A model generated the notes under the pieces. That model was not told where the DNA came from, searched no databases, and saw only the letters and a list, made by a program, of their open reading frames with translations. The translations under genes and the position numbers were made by a program. Positions 1-8,032 of a DNA stretch of 33,592 nt are shown piece by piece. The stretch is from an uncultured Lentisphaera sp. (GTDB taxonomy: Bacteria > Verrucomicrobiota > Lentisphaeria > Victivallales > GWF2-50-93): positions 1 through 33,592 of the forward strand of contig CAZXAC010000002.1 in the NCBI GenBank assembly GCA_964638335.1, given 5' to 3'. The first letter of the stretch is position 1. Each line of letters opens with the position of its first letter.

Positions 1-525
1 CATTGCGTTGGCGAAATCCACTACGACCTTGAGTTTTCGGTTAAGTTTAGCGAATTTTCTCAAATGTTCCCCATATTCCTTGGATATGTCGTATTTGGAT
101 ATGCATCCTTTTTTTGTTGGTTTTTTCCATTTTTCTTCAATGACTAATTTTTGTATATCCGCTATCCCAGTAGCGCCGCTTATCGGTATGGCTTCTTTGC
201 GGCAAAGTTTAAAACCGTTCCATTCCGCTGGGTTGTGAGATGCTGTTATTATTATGCTCCCTTCTGCTCCCAGTCTGCCATTCGCGAAGTATGACATTGG
301 TGTGGAGCACATGCCCAGATCTATTACGTCGGCGCCTTGTTCTATGATTCCCTTTGCAAGAGCGTCAAATATTGGTTTTGAATGTGGACGCATATCGCGG
401 CCAACGACAATTTTTTTCGCTCCTAGGAAGTCGGTGAAAGCTCTTCCTATCTTTTCCGCTGTCGACTCATTGAGCTGATCCGGATATATTCCTCTGATGT
501 CATAGGCCTTGAAAATACCGCTCAT
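1..525 (-). CDS. phosphomannomutase/phosphoglucomutase (alpha-D-phosphohexomutase family), first 175 codons; the 3' end runs off the left edge
   Basis: Absent from the ORF track because it is open at the window edge. Reverse translation from the ATG at 525-523 gives MSGIFKAYDIRGIYPDQLNESTAEKIGRAFTDFLGAKKIVVGRDMRPHSKPIFDALAKGIIEQGADVIDLGMCSTPMSYF...IIITASHNPAEWNGFK. The FKAYDIRG start and the TASHNP phosphoserine loop are hallmark PMM/PGM motifs. Confidence 0.85.
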   Translation of the reverse strand, partial: MSGIFKAYDIRGIYPDQLNESTAEKIGRAFTDFLGAKKIVVGRDMRPHSKPIFDALAKGIIEQGADVIDLGMCSTPMSYFANGRLGAEGSIIITASHNPAEWNGFKLCRKEAIPISGATGIADIQKLVIEEKWKKPTKKGCISKYDISKEYGEHLRKFAKLNRKLKVVVDFANAM

Positions 526-626
526 CGCGAGTTCTCCTGTTTTTATAGGATAAAAAATTAAAAAATAGTTGTGGAATTAAGTTAGGCGCGTGGCATGATT
601 TTGCAAACTGGTCGCGATGCCGCACG

Positions 627-3152
627 TCAGCCGTTTGTCTGCTCAGTCCCTTCGCTTGCGGTCCCATCTTCCGCCTTTACTTCGATGACTTTTACGACGC
701 CGGTGATTTTGTCGTCCGAATTAAGGCGCATAATCCTGACTCCCTTTGTTGCCCTGCCTACCAGTCTGATTTCAGAAACTGGAACTCTGACGGTTTGTCC
801 TTTTTCGGTCATGACGAGTATTTCGTCATTTTCTGCTACTTGCAGCGCTGCTATGACGGATTCGCCGTCACGAAGTTTCATGTTTGTGACGCCTTTCGCT
901 CCGCGGCGGGTTTTTCTATATGTGCTGAAGAAGCTTCTCTTGCCCATTCCTCCACTGCTGAGTACCAGTATTTGTGGGCCACCTTTTTCTGCGGCTTCCT
1001 CGTCGGTTTCGGTTTCTTCACTGCTGTCGACCGCTTCCATGCTGATTACGTAATCATCCTTCAATTTGAATTTCATACCTGTTACGCCGGTGGCGGCTCT
1101 GCCCATGGATCTCACATCTTGTTCGTTGAATCTGCAAGCCATTCCCTTTGCGGTGGAGAGGATTATATCTTCAAAACCGTTTGTTATAGCGACCCCTATT
1201 AGGTCGTCTGTTTCTTCGATATTCAGTGCTCTTATACCGGTTTTTCTCAGATTTTTGAATGCTGACAGGACGGTTTTCTTTATGACGCCGTCCTTTGTCG
1301 CCATTACGACATACATATCTTCGCGTTCCAGATCTTTTTCGCTTACCGTGATCATTGCCTTGATGAGTTCGCCAGGTTCCACCTTGATGAGGTTGATTAT
1401 TGCCTTGCCCTTTCCGGTTCTTTGTCCTTCCGGTATTTCGTAGACGTATAGCCAGTACATGGTTCCCTTGTCTGAGAAGAAGAAGATTATGTCATGGCTG
1501 TCAGCGTTGAAAAGGTGTTCGACGTAGTCATCGTCTTTTGTTTCCATTGCTCTTATGCCTTTGCCGCCTTTGTGTTGTACGTCAAATTCCTCGATATTCA
1601 CTCTCTTTATGTATCCGCTTTTAGATACTGTTATCAGGCATGAATGGCGTTGTATCAGGTCGGCTATCTGGAAGTCCGTGCTTGCGTGAGTTATTTCTGT
1701 CCGTCTTGGATTCCCGTATTTTTGTTTTATCTGTTCGAGTTCCGATTTTATCAGATCTATTCTGAGTTGTTTATCGGCGAGGAGAGCTTTTAATTCGGCG
1801 ATTCTCTTCATGAGTTCTTCGAATTCGGCGCGCAGCTCTTCAATTTCGAGACCTGTGAGCTGGTGCAGGCGCATGTCGAGTATTGCGTCGGCCTGTATTT
1901 TGCTAAGATTATATTTCCCGATCAGTGAGATCGAAGCGTCTTCCTTATTCTTAGATTCTCTTATTATTCTCACGACATCGTCTATATTTGTGACGGCGAT
2001 CAACAGTCCTTCCAGGATGTGGGCTCTGGCTTCGGCCTTGTCGAGTTCGAATTTCGCTCTTCTAGTGACAACTTCGAGGCGATGTTCTACGTATGCTTGA
2101 AGTATTTCTTTCAGGTTCATCATCTTTGGGCGTTTTTGATCCACGAGCATCATTCCCGCTCCGAAGACTGTTTCCAGCGCGGTATGCGCGAATAGCTGGT
2201 TCAATACTACGTCCGGGATGAATCCTCTCTTTATTTCTACGACTATCCTTATTCCGGCTCTCTTACTGCTTTCGTCTCTTACGGCGGATATTCCGGTTAT
2301 CTTTTTTTCGTTTACCAGATCTGCGATTTTCGCGATAAGATTTTCTTTATTGACCGCGTATGGAATCTCAGTGAATATTATCTGTTCCCTGTTTTCATTT
2401 TTTGCGATTATTTCGTATTTGGACCTGATCTTTATGCTTCCTCTGCCGGTCTCGTATAGATTTTTTATTTCTCCGATTCCGCAGATCTGCGCCCCGGTGG
2501 GGAAATCGGGTCCGGGAATAAAATGCATAAGTTCAGTTATTGAGATGTCGGGATTTTTCAAAAGCGCAACAGTGGCGTCAATGACTTCGGAGAGATTATG
2601 AGGGGGTATATTCGTTGCCATGCCGACGCCGATTCCGGTGGATCCGTTTACAAGCACATTTGGGAAGGCCGCTGGTAAGACTTCCGGTTCAACGGTCGAT
2701 TCGTCGAAAGTGGGAAGCATCCCAACCGTGTTCTTGTCTATGTCCGCGAGAAGTTCTTCGGCCAGTCTTTCGAGACGACATTCGGTATAACGATATGCCG
2801 CCGGAGGGTCGCCGTCTATACTACCGAAGTTGCCTTGTCCGTCTATCAACGGTTCGCGCATTGAAAAGTCCTGAGCCATTCTGACCAGTGTGTCGTATAC
2901 CGAAGCATCTCCGTGGGGGTGGTAGTTACCGATCACTTCACCGACCACTTTTGCGCTCTTTGTGTATGCGTGTCCTTTGCCGAGACCGAGCTTTTGCATG
3001 GCGTAGAGAATTCTTCTGTTTGCCGGCTTAAGTCCGTCGCGGACATCCGGTATTGCGCGGCCTATGTTGACGCTGAGAGAATACTGCAGATAAGCAGTAT
3101 GCATAATATCTTCAATATTAACGGGATAGTCGTTTCTGTTTATGTCGCTCAT
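627..3152 (-). CDS. gyrA: DNA gyrase subunit A
   Basis: 841-aa ORF. It has the QRDR YHPHGDASVYDTLVRMAQ, the catalytic-Tyr motif AAYRYTECRL, a GyrA-box-like HKGGKG, and repeated beta-pinwheel C-terminal blades with an acidic tail. Confidence 0.97.
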   Translation of the reverse strand: MSDINRNDYPVNIEDIMHTAYLQYSLSVNIGRAIPDVRDGLKPANRRILYAMQKLGLGKGHAYTKSAKVVGEVIGNYHPHGDASVYDTLVRMAQDFSMREPLIDGQGNFGSIDGDPPAAYRYTECRLERLAEELLADIDKNTVGMLPTFDESTVEPEVLPAAFPNVLVNGSTGIGVGMATNIPPHNLSEVIDATVALLKNPDISITELMHFIPGPDFPTGAQICGIGEIKNLYETGRGSIKIRSKYEIIAKNENREQIIFTEIPYAVNKENLIAKIADLVNEKKITGISAVRDESSKRAGIRIVVEIKRGFIPDVVLNQLFAHTALETVFGAGMMLVDQKRPKMMNLKEILQAYVEHRLEVVTRRAKFELDKAEARAHILEGLLIAVTNIDDVVRIIRESKNKEDASISLIGKYNLSKIQADAILDMRLHQLTGLEIEELRAEFEELMKRIAELKALLADKQLRIDLIKSELEQIKQKYGNPRRTEITHASTDFQIADLIQRHSCLITVSKSGYIKRVNIEEFDVQHKGGKGIRAMETKDDDYVEHLFNADSHDIIFFFSDKGTMYWLYVYEIPEGQRTGKGKAIINLIKVEPGELIKAMITVSEKDLEREDMYVVMATKDGVIKKTVLSAFKNLRKTGIRALNIEETDDLIGVAITNGFEDIILSTAKGMACRFNEQDVRSMGRAATGVTGMKFKLKDDYVISMEAVDSSEETETDEEAAEKGGPQILVLSSGGMGKRSFFSTYRKTRRGAKGVTNMKLRDGESVIAALQVAENDEILVMTEKGQTVRVPVSEIRLVGRATKGVRIMRLNSDDKITGVVKVIEVKAEDGTASEGTEQTNG

Positions 3153-3337
3153 ATTTTAATTTCCATATTGTTTGAGTGTTAAAAAATTAAAGAATTTGAA
3201 TATAACATTTCAAGCGGATTTAACAACACGAAAAACGGGAAAAAATGAAGTTCCGGACTTGTGGTGGACTTGGATTTTAAGAACTGGAAATCATATGAGC
3301 CGAGAGTCTCAATCTTTTGGATCGAAAAATGTGATTT

Positions 3338-4189
3338 TCAGGAGAACACAACCGTTCTGCCTTGGAATACTATGATTCTGTTTTCCAGTTGGGCTTTCAG
3401 CGCCCTTGCCAGGACTATGCGTTCGATGTCTTTGCCTATCTGCTTCAATTCTTCGGGGTCGTTTTCGTGGTTGACTCTTTCGACATCCTGTTCTATAATC
3501 GGCCCCTCATCGAGGTCGGCTGTTACATAATGGGCTGTGGCGCCTATCATTTTTACGCCTCTTTCATATGCCTTGCGGTATGGATTTGCGCCTTGGAAAG
3601 CCGGAAGGAACGCATGGTGTATGTTTATTATCCTGCTGGAGTATTTTTGGACGAAATTTTTGCTTAGTATTCTCATGTATTTTGCGAGAACTAGGAGGTC
3701 TATGTGGTTTTTTGACAGCAGTTCGAGCACCTTCTCCTCCTGCGACTCCTTGTCTTCGTTCACAACCGGTACGCAGTAGAACGGCAACCTGAATTGCGTG
3801 GCGACGTATTCGAGGTCCGGGTGATTTGAGATTATTAAAGGAATTTCGCAGGGGAATTCTCCTTCCTTCCAGCGAAGTATTATGTCATACAGGCAATGCG
3901 ATTCCTTTGTCGCGAGTATCGCAATCCTTCTGGTGATATCGGAGTAGTGTGCCGACCATTCAAGAGAGTTTTTTCTTGCGAAATCCGCAAATTCTTTCTC
4001 AAGCTGTTCGCGGGTTGTCTTCATTCCGGCCAGATCAAGTTTCAGTCTCATGAAATATCTTGAGTTGGCGCTATCGGTATGTTGCTGGCAGTTTACGATG
4101 TTAAAGCCCTTATTAAAGAAAAATGACGTTATTTCGCAAACGAGCCCCTTGCGATCTTCGCATTGGATCAGAAACACTACGTTCTTCAT
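3338..4189 (-). CDS. purU: formyltetrahydrofolate deformylase
   Basis: 283 aa. An N-terminal ACT-like domain (VFLIQCEDRKGLVCEITSFF) is followed by a formyltransferase core (INIHHAFLPAFQGANPY, GATAHYVTADLDEGPII). Confidence 0.9.
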   Translation of the reverse strand: MKNVVFLIQCEDRKGLVCEITSFFFNKGFNIVNCQQHTDSANSRYFMRLKLDLAGMKTTREQLEKEFADFARKNSLEWSAHYSDITRRIAILATKESHCLYDIILRWKEGEFPCEIPLIISNHPDLEYVATQFRLPFYCVPVVNEDKESQEEKVLELLSKNHIDLLVLAKYMRILSKNFVQKYSSRIINIHHAFLPAFQGANPYRKAYERGVKMIGATAHYVTADLDEGPIIEQDVERVNHENDPEELKQIGKDIERIVLARALKAQLENRIIVFQGRTVVFS

Positions 4190-4301
4190 GACGACCCCTG
4201 TTTTTCTACTGTATTTGAAGCCTTACATTTGCACGGGAATCCTTAATTTCAATTTAAGAATAAACAAGAGGATCGGAATTGTTATGAAGGGAAGGGGAAT
4301 T

Positions 4302-4898
4302 TTACTTTTCTGCCAGGCTACGGAATTCTTTCATGAAAAACCAGTATCTGATGAATGCCACCAGCGGGATGCTTATCGCGCCGTAGGCAGGTAGAAGTTG
4401 GAACAAGGCTAGAAACAGTACTATCAGTTTCAATAACCACTGCGTGCGTATCCTCCTGCCGAAGGGCAGATACGAAGCAAAAGGATTTATTATCGCCGCC
4501 CTTATGTAAAAAAACCCTATTACGGATCCTATTAGAGGGAAGAAACTTAGCGCGACGCATACCGGTATGGTCTGAAACAAATATCTCTTGTGTATATAGT
4601 TCAGGTAGGAAAAATACTCCGAATCGCCCTTCATAAGCTCATGTCCGCATTTTCCGCATTTTTGCTTGGGACAATTTTCCCTCATGCGATTTTCGCATTC
4701 CGGACATAGTTTTCGCTCGATTCGGGACATTTTTTTTAGATCCGTCTCTTCGCCGTCTTCGATCCATTTGAGAAAGTCTGAACCGAGCTTGCTCATCATG
4801 TGCTTGGATAAAAGTATTATGCTTGTCAATACCGCTGCCAGCAAAATCAACGGAGGGATGAGGTTTTTAATTTGAATATCTGAAAAAAGATTAGACAA
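4302..4898 (-). CDS. hypothetical membrane protein with a central CxxC...CxxC zinc ribbon
   Basis: 198 aa. It has an N-terminal TM segment, then CPECENRMRENCPKQKCGKCGHEL, then 3-4 C-terminal hydrophobic helices. It starts 4 nt after the rsmB-like stop, on the same strand. Confidence 0.6.
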   Translation of the reverse strand: MSNLFSDIQIKNLIPPLILLAAVLTSIILLSKHMMSKLGSDFLKWIEDGEETDLKKMSRIERKLCPECENRMRENCPKQKCGKCGHELMKGDSEYFSYLNYIHKRYLFQTIPVCVALSFFPLIGSVIGFFYIRAAIINPFASYLPFGRRIRTQWLLKLIVLFLALFQLLPAYGAISIPLVAFIRYWFFMKEFRSLAEK

Positions 4899-4901
4899 AT
4901 T

Positions 4902-6173
4902 TCAACTCCTTTTAAGTTTTGCCACGAATACGGCGTCGGAATCCATTTCGGATGGGTTTACGTTTAGAATGCCCTCAAATATTTTTCCGCTGATAGGATC
5001 AGGAAATGTGCAGAGTTTGAAGGAAGGATTCGAAGCGGTGAACTCGGATATCACGCCTTCATTCTCCTTTCCGAATACCGAACATGTGGCATATACTAGC
5101 GTCCCGCCGCTTCTGACAGATTGAGAGGTTGCTTCGAGGATCGAGAGCTGATTTTTGTGGAATCTATCTATTTCGCTCTCCTGAGTGCGCCATCTGCCAT
5201 CCGGATTTCGTCTCCATGTGCCTGAGCAGGAGCATGGAGCGTCGACGAGCACACCGTCGAAAAATGACTCATGCCGTTTATCTCTTTTTGAAGCATCGGC
5301 TATTCGTGTACGCACATTGGATAATGAGGCTCTTGCCGTCCTTCTTTTGAGCTCTTCTATTTTTTTTTCGTCAAAGTCTTGGGAAAGGATTGAGCCTTTT
5401 CCGTTCATCATATCTGCCATTTGCAGGGTTTTTCCTCCTGCGCCGGCGCAGGCATCAAGCCACTTTTCCCCTGGCTTAGGGGCGGCAATGAGTCCTATCA
5501 TTTGTGAAGCTATGTCTTGGACCTCGAAGAGGCCGTTTTTGAATTCTGGCATTGAGTAGAGGCTGGTTTCCGATTTTAGAATTTTTACGGCATTTGGGAA
5601 ATTTTCCGGCATATTGAATTTTGCGTTTTGTCTTCTTAGCTCTGAAACTACTTTTTCTCTAGCGCCATTCTTTGTTCTTATCCATATTGGGGGGCGAGTC
5701 TGGAAGCTTTGCGTCAGATCATTAATCTTCAAGGCATCCGAAAGATTTGAAGTGAAGAATCCGGGAAGAAGTTCTTGCTGCTTGAAATTGGAAATGGGGA
5801 GGGAGAATTCCTGGGAAAGTTTTGCTGGCAACTCGCAGAAACTTAGTTTTTCCAAGGACTCATTTATGAAAGAAGCATTATCGAGGGCATTTCCGAGAAG
5901 ATCAGGGAAAGCCGCGAGTTTGCGAATTTCGCATTCCGCTTTGAGGCATTTTTTTATCCATCCCCACCAACGAAAAAGGGAGAAAATACTTTCGCTTATA
6001 AATCTCCTGTCCCTTGATCCGAGAAATTTTCTGGCTCTCAGGGACGAAGACAGGGATCTATCTGCCGGATAGCCGGATGAGAACCTGTCTAGGACCTCTT
6101 TCGCTATTTCATTCCGAGCTTTTTTGATTGCGGAAATCTTGTTTTCCGACAGCTTTGATATATCTTTTGTCAT
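4902..6173 (-). CDS. rsmB: 16S rRNA (cytosine-C5)-methyltransferase, NOL1/NOP2/Sun (RsmB-like) family
   Basis: SAM motif DACAGAGGKT, catalytic motifs DAPCSCSGTWRRNPD and YATCS, and a NusB-like N-terminal region. The track ORF extends to a TTG at 6296, but those 41 extra codons overlap acyP and look like noise. I prefer the ATG at 6173; an ATG at 6221 is also possible. Confidence 0.8.
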   Translation of the reverse strand: MTKDISKLSENKISAIKKARNEIAKEVLDRFSSGYPADRSLSSSLRARKFLGSRDRRFISESIFSLFRWWGWIKKCLKAECEIRKLAAFPDLLGNALDNASFINESLEKLSFCELPAKLSQEFSLPISNFKQQELLPGFFTSNLSDALKINDLTQSFQTRPPIWIRTKNGAREKVVSELRRQNAKFNMPENFPNAVKILKSETSLYSMPEFKNGLFEVQDIASQMIGLIAAPKPGEKWLDACAGAGGKTLQMADMMNGKGSILSQDFDEKKIEELKRRTARASLSNVRTRIADASKRDKRHESFFDGVLVDAPCSCSGTWRRNPDGRWRTQESEIDRFHKNQLSILEATSQSVRSGGTLVYATCSVFGKENEGVISEFTASNPSFKLCTFPDPISGKIFEGILNVNPSEMDSDAVFVAKLKRS

Positions 6174-6219
6174 TGCGGTTACTAAAACGTATTCGGGTTC
6201 AAAAGGCAAATAGACTTTC

Positions 6220-6498
6220 ATGAAAAAAAAGGCTTTTCTTATCAACATAAGAGGCAGAGTGACCGGAGTTGGCTTTCGTTGGGCTACTTTGGACAAGAGC
6301 GAGGATTTTTCGACGATTTCCGGATATGTGAGGAATCTTGCCCGTGGCGAGGTTGAGGTGTTTATTCAAGGCGAGGAGGGCGAGGTTGATGCGATGGCTG
6401 ACTGGCTGAAGAGCGGTCCGCCTCTTGCTGTTGTGGAAAATTTTAATAAAATATCATGCCCTTTAAATGAGGATTATAAGTCTTTTTCTATCATATGA
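6220..6498 (+). CDS. acyP: acylphosphatase
   Basis: 92 aa. INIRGRVTGVGFRWAT matches the acylphosphatase V.G.VQGVGFR signature. A YVRNLARGEVEVFIQGEEGEV..M..WL core is also present. Confidence 0.85.
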   Translation: MKKKAFLINIRGRVTGVGFRWATLDKSEDFSTISGYVRNLARGEVEVFIQGEEGEVDAMADWLKSGPPLAVVENFNKISCPLNEDYKSFSII

Positions 6499-6609
6499 GA
6501 TTTTGATTTTACGTTATATGACTTAAAAAAGATTCCCAGTGTTTGAAAAAGATTGATTGCGGTGCTATTTTCAGCTCAATATTTTAAAATGTTTTTCTGA
6601 AGGCTCTTT

Positions 6610-7071
6610 ATGTTATGTCCGCATTGCGATTGTGCTGATGATAAAGTGGTAGACAGCAGGACGACCCTTGAGGGGGCTGGAATCCGCAGGCGCAGGGAAT
6701 GCCTTAAGTGTGGTCATCGTTTTACGACTTATGAGACGATAACCCGGGAAGAACTCAAGGTGATAAAGAGAAATTCTTCCGTCCGTGAGGATTTTGACCG
6801 TGCCAAGCTGAGGGACGGTGTGGAAAGGGCATGCTGGAAACGTCCGATTGGGGACGATGATATAGATAAGATTGTTGATGACGTTGTAGCCGGAATAGAG
6901 AAGGATTACGACAAAGAAGTTACGAGTCGTGAAATAGGCAAGAGGGTGATGTTGGCGTTGAGCAAGATTGATGAGGTCGCCTACGTAAGGTTTGCTTCGG
7001 TTTACAGGCGTTTTAAGGATGTTGAGGAATTCATAAGCGAAATAAAGAAGATTGGCGAGGAACAAGAATGA
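6610..7071 (+). CDS. nrdR: transcriptional repressor NrdR (zinc ribbon plus ATP-cone)
   Basis: 153 aa. MLCPHCDCADDKVVDSRTTLEGAGIRRRRECLKCGHRFTTYE is the canonical NrdR N-terminus. It is followed by an ATP-cone (VIKRNSSVREDFDRAKL...VAYVRFASVYR). Confidence 0.95.
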   Translation: MLCPHCDCADDKVVDSRTTLEGAGIRRRRECLKCGHRFTTYETITREELKVIKRNSSVREDFDRAKLRDGVERACWKRPIGDDDIDKIVDDVVAGIEKDYDKEVTSREIGKRVMLALSKIDEVAYVRFASVYRRFKDVEEFISEIKKIGEEQE

Positions 7072-8018
7072 TAAGTCCAAGCGGAGAGCAAATTCTTATA
7101 TCCTGCGGAGATGGTTCGGTGAGTTCCTTCAGGGTGGAGGAACTTCAATCCAAAATATACCAGGCGTGCTTGGAATGTGGTTTCGAGGATTGTTGGCTTT
7201 CCGAGGATCTCGCTCTATCGGTGGAATATTTGATTTTGGGCACAGGAGAGAGAAGGGAATTCTCAATGGAAGAGATCTTCTCTTTCACCTCACGTCTTTT
7301 GGAAGATACCGGGCATCACAACATAGCGCTCCGCTTCAGGAGGAACTGTGGCGTGCTTCAGGCTAGTCATACTTCGCAGATCGAATCGGTACGACTTCTC
7401 ATATCGCAGCGCATCCCGGGGATCGGTCAACGGGATCTGGAAAGGATAGCTTCTCTAGTGTCATCAAGTCTGAAGTCTTTGGGTATTGAAAGGGTGGAAG
7501 AGGATCTTATACTAAGTTTTGCGAAACACTATCTTAGGAATGCCCTTGCCGAAATCGTCCCCAAAGCTGAACTCTCTCCGGATCAAGCAGTTATAATTCT
7601 ATCAAAATCTCAAATAAAAGATATACTAGTGTCTTTCTCCGGAGGTGGGAAATATGTTTCGGGAGGAGTCCTCTCGTTGCATCCGATCAGTAGGCTTTTC
7701 CCTTCTCTGAAGATTTCCATAAGTCTTGCGAGATTCGCTGAAGTCAACTGCCTTTGTCCACCTCTTACCGAGCTTGCTCTTGCTCCGCGTTTTGCGGAAT
7801 TCTCAGAATTTATGTGCGAAGCCAAGACAAAGATTGTCGCTTTGGTGTCTTCAGAGCTTGGTCTTCTTCCTGTTGACATACCGGTTGTGCTAAGGATAAC
7901 GGATTCGATTGAATTCGCTCGGAAATATATGGGTGTGGCATCGGACGAGGATGAGTTCATGCGCGGGATACTGTCCTGCATGAGAGATTTCATCCCCGGC
8001 GAGCTCATAATAAAATAA
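7068..8018 (+). CDS. hypothetical protein with an ATP-cone-like N-terminus, translationally coupled to nrdR
   Basis: 316 aa with an ATGA start/stop overlap with nrdR. The N-terminal ~90 aa (ILISCGDGSVSSFRVEELQSKIYQACLECGF...LSEDLALSVEYL...FSMEEIFSFTSRLLEDTGHHNIALRFRRN) follow the ATP-cone pattern V.krDG....F...ki...i..A......l...la..V.......i..eeI...V...L...g....A..f. I do not recognise the C-terminal ~220 aa. Confidence 0.7.
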   Translation: MISPSGEQILISCGDGSVSSFRVEELQSKIYQACLECGFEDCWLSEDLALSVEYLILGTGERREFSMEEIFSFTSRLLEDTGHHNIALRFRRNCGVLQASHTSQIESVRLLISQRIPGIGQRDLERIASLVSSSLKSLGIERVEEDLILSFAKHYLRNALAEIVPKAELSPDQAVIILSKSQIKDILVSFSGGGKYVSGGVLSLHPISRLFPSLKISISLARFAEVNCLCPPLTELALAPRFAEFSEFMCEAKTKIVALVSSELGLLPVDIPVVLRITDSIEFARKYMGVASDEDEFMRGILSCMRDFIPGELIIK

Positions 8019-8032
8019 GAGGAGAACTCAAG

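Noticed and set aside
595-3182. Multiple 89-152-aa plus-strand ORFs in the track that overlap gyrA (595..1053, 795..1202, 1066..1443, 1810..2100, 2218..2601, 2615..2884, 2913..3182).
   Set aside because: They are antisense shadows of a gene with unmistakable GyrA homology. Their translations are low-complexity (Ser/Phe/Leu-rich) with no recognisable motifs.
3235-3275. A possible purU terminator (the GTTCCGGAC near-palindrome followed by a T-run on the minus strand).
   Set aside because: The stem is only about 4 bp with an awkward loop, which is not convincing as an intrinsic terminator.
6499-6609. A possible NrdR box (cgTTATATgac) upstream of nrdR.
   Set aside because: It resembles only the central AT core of the 16-bp NrdR-box palindrome. 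There is no second, phased box, so the match is too weak to call.
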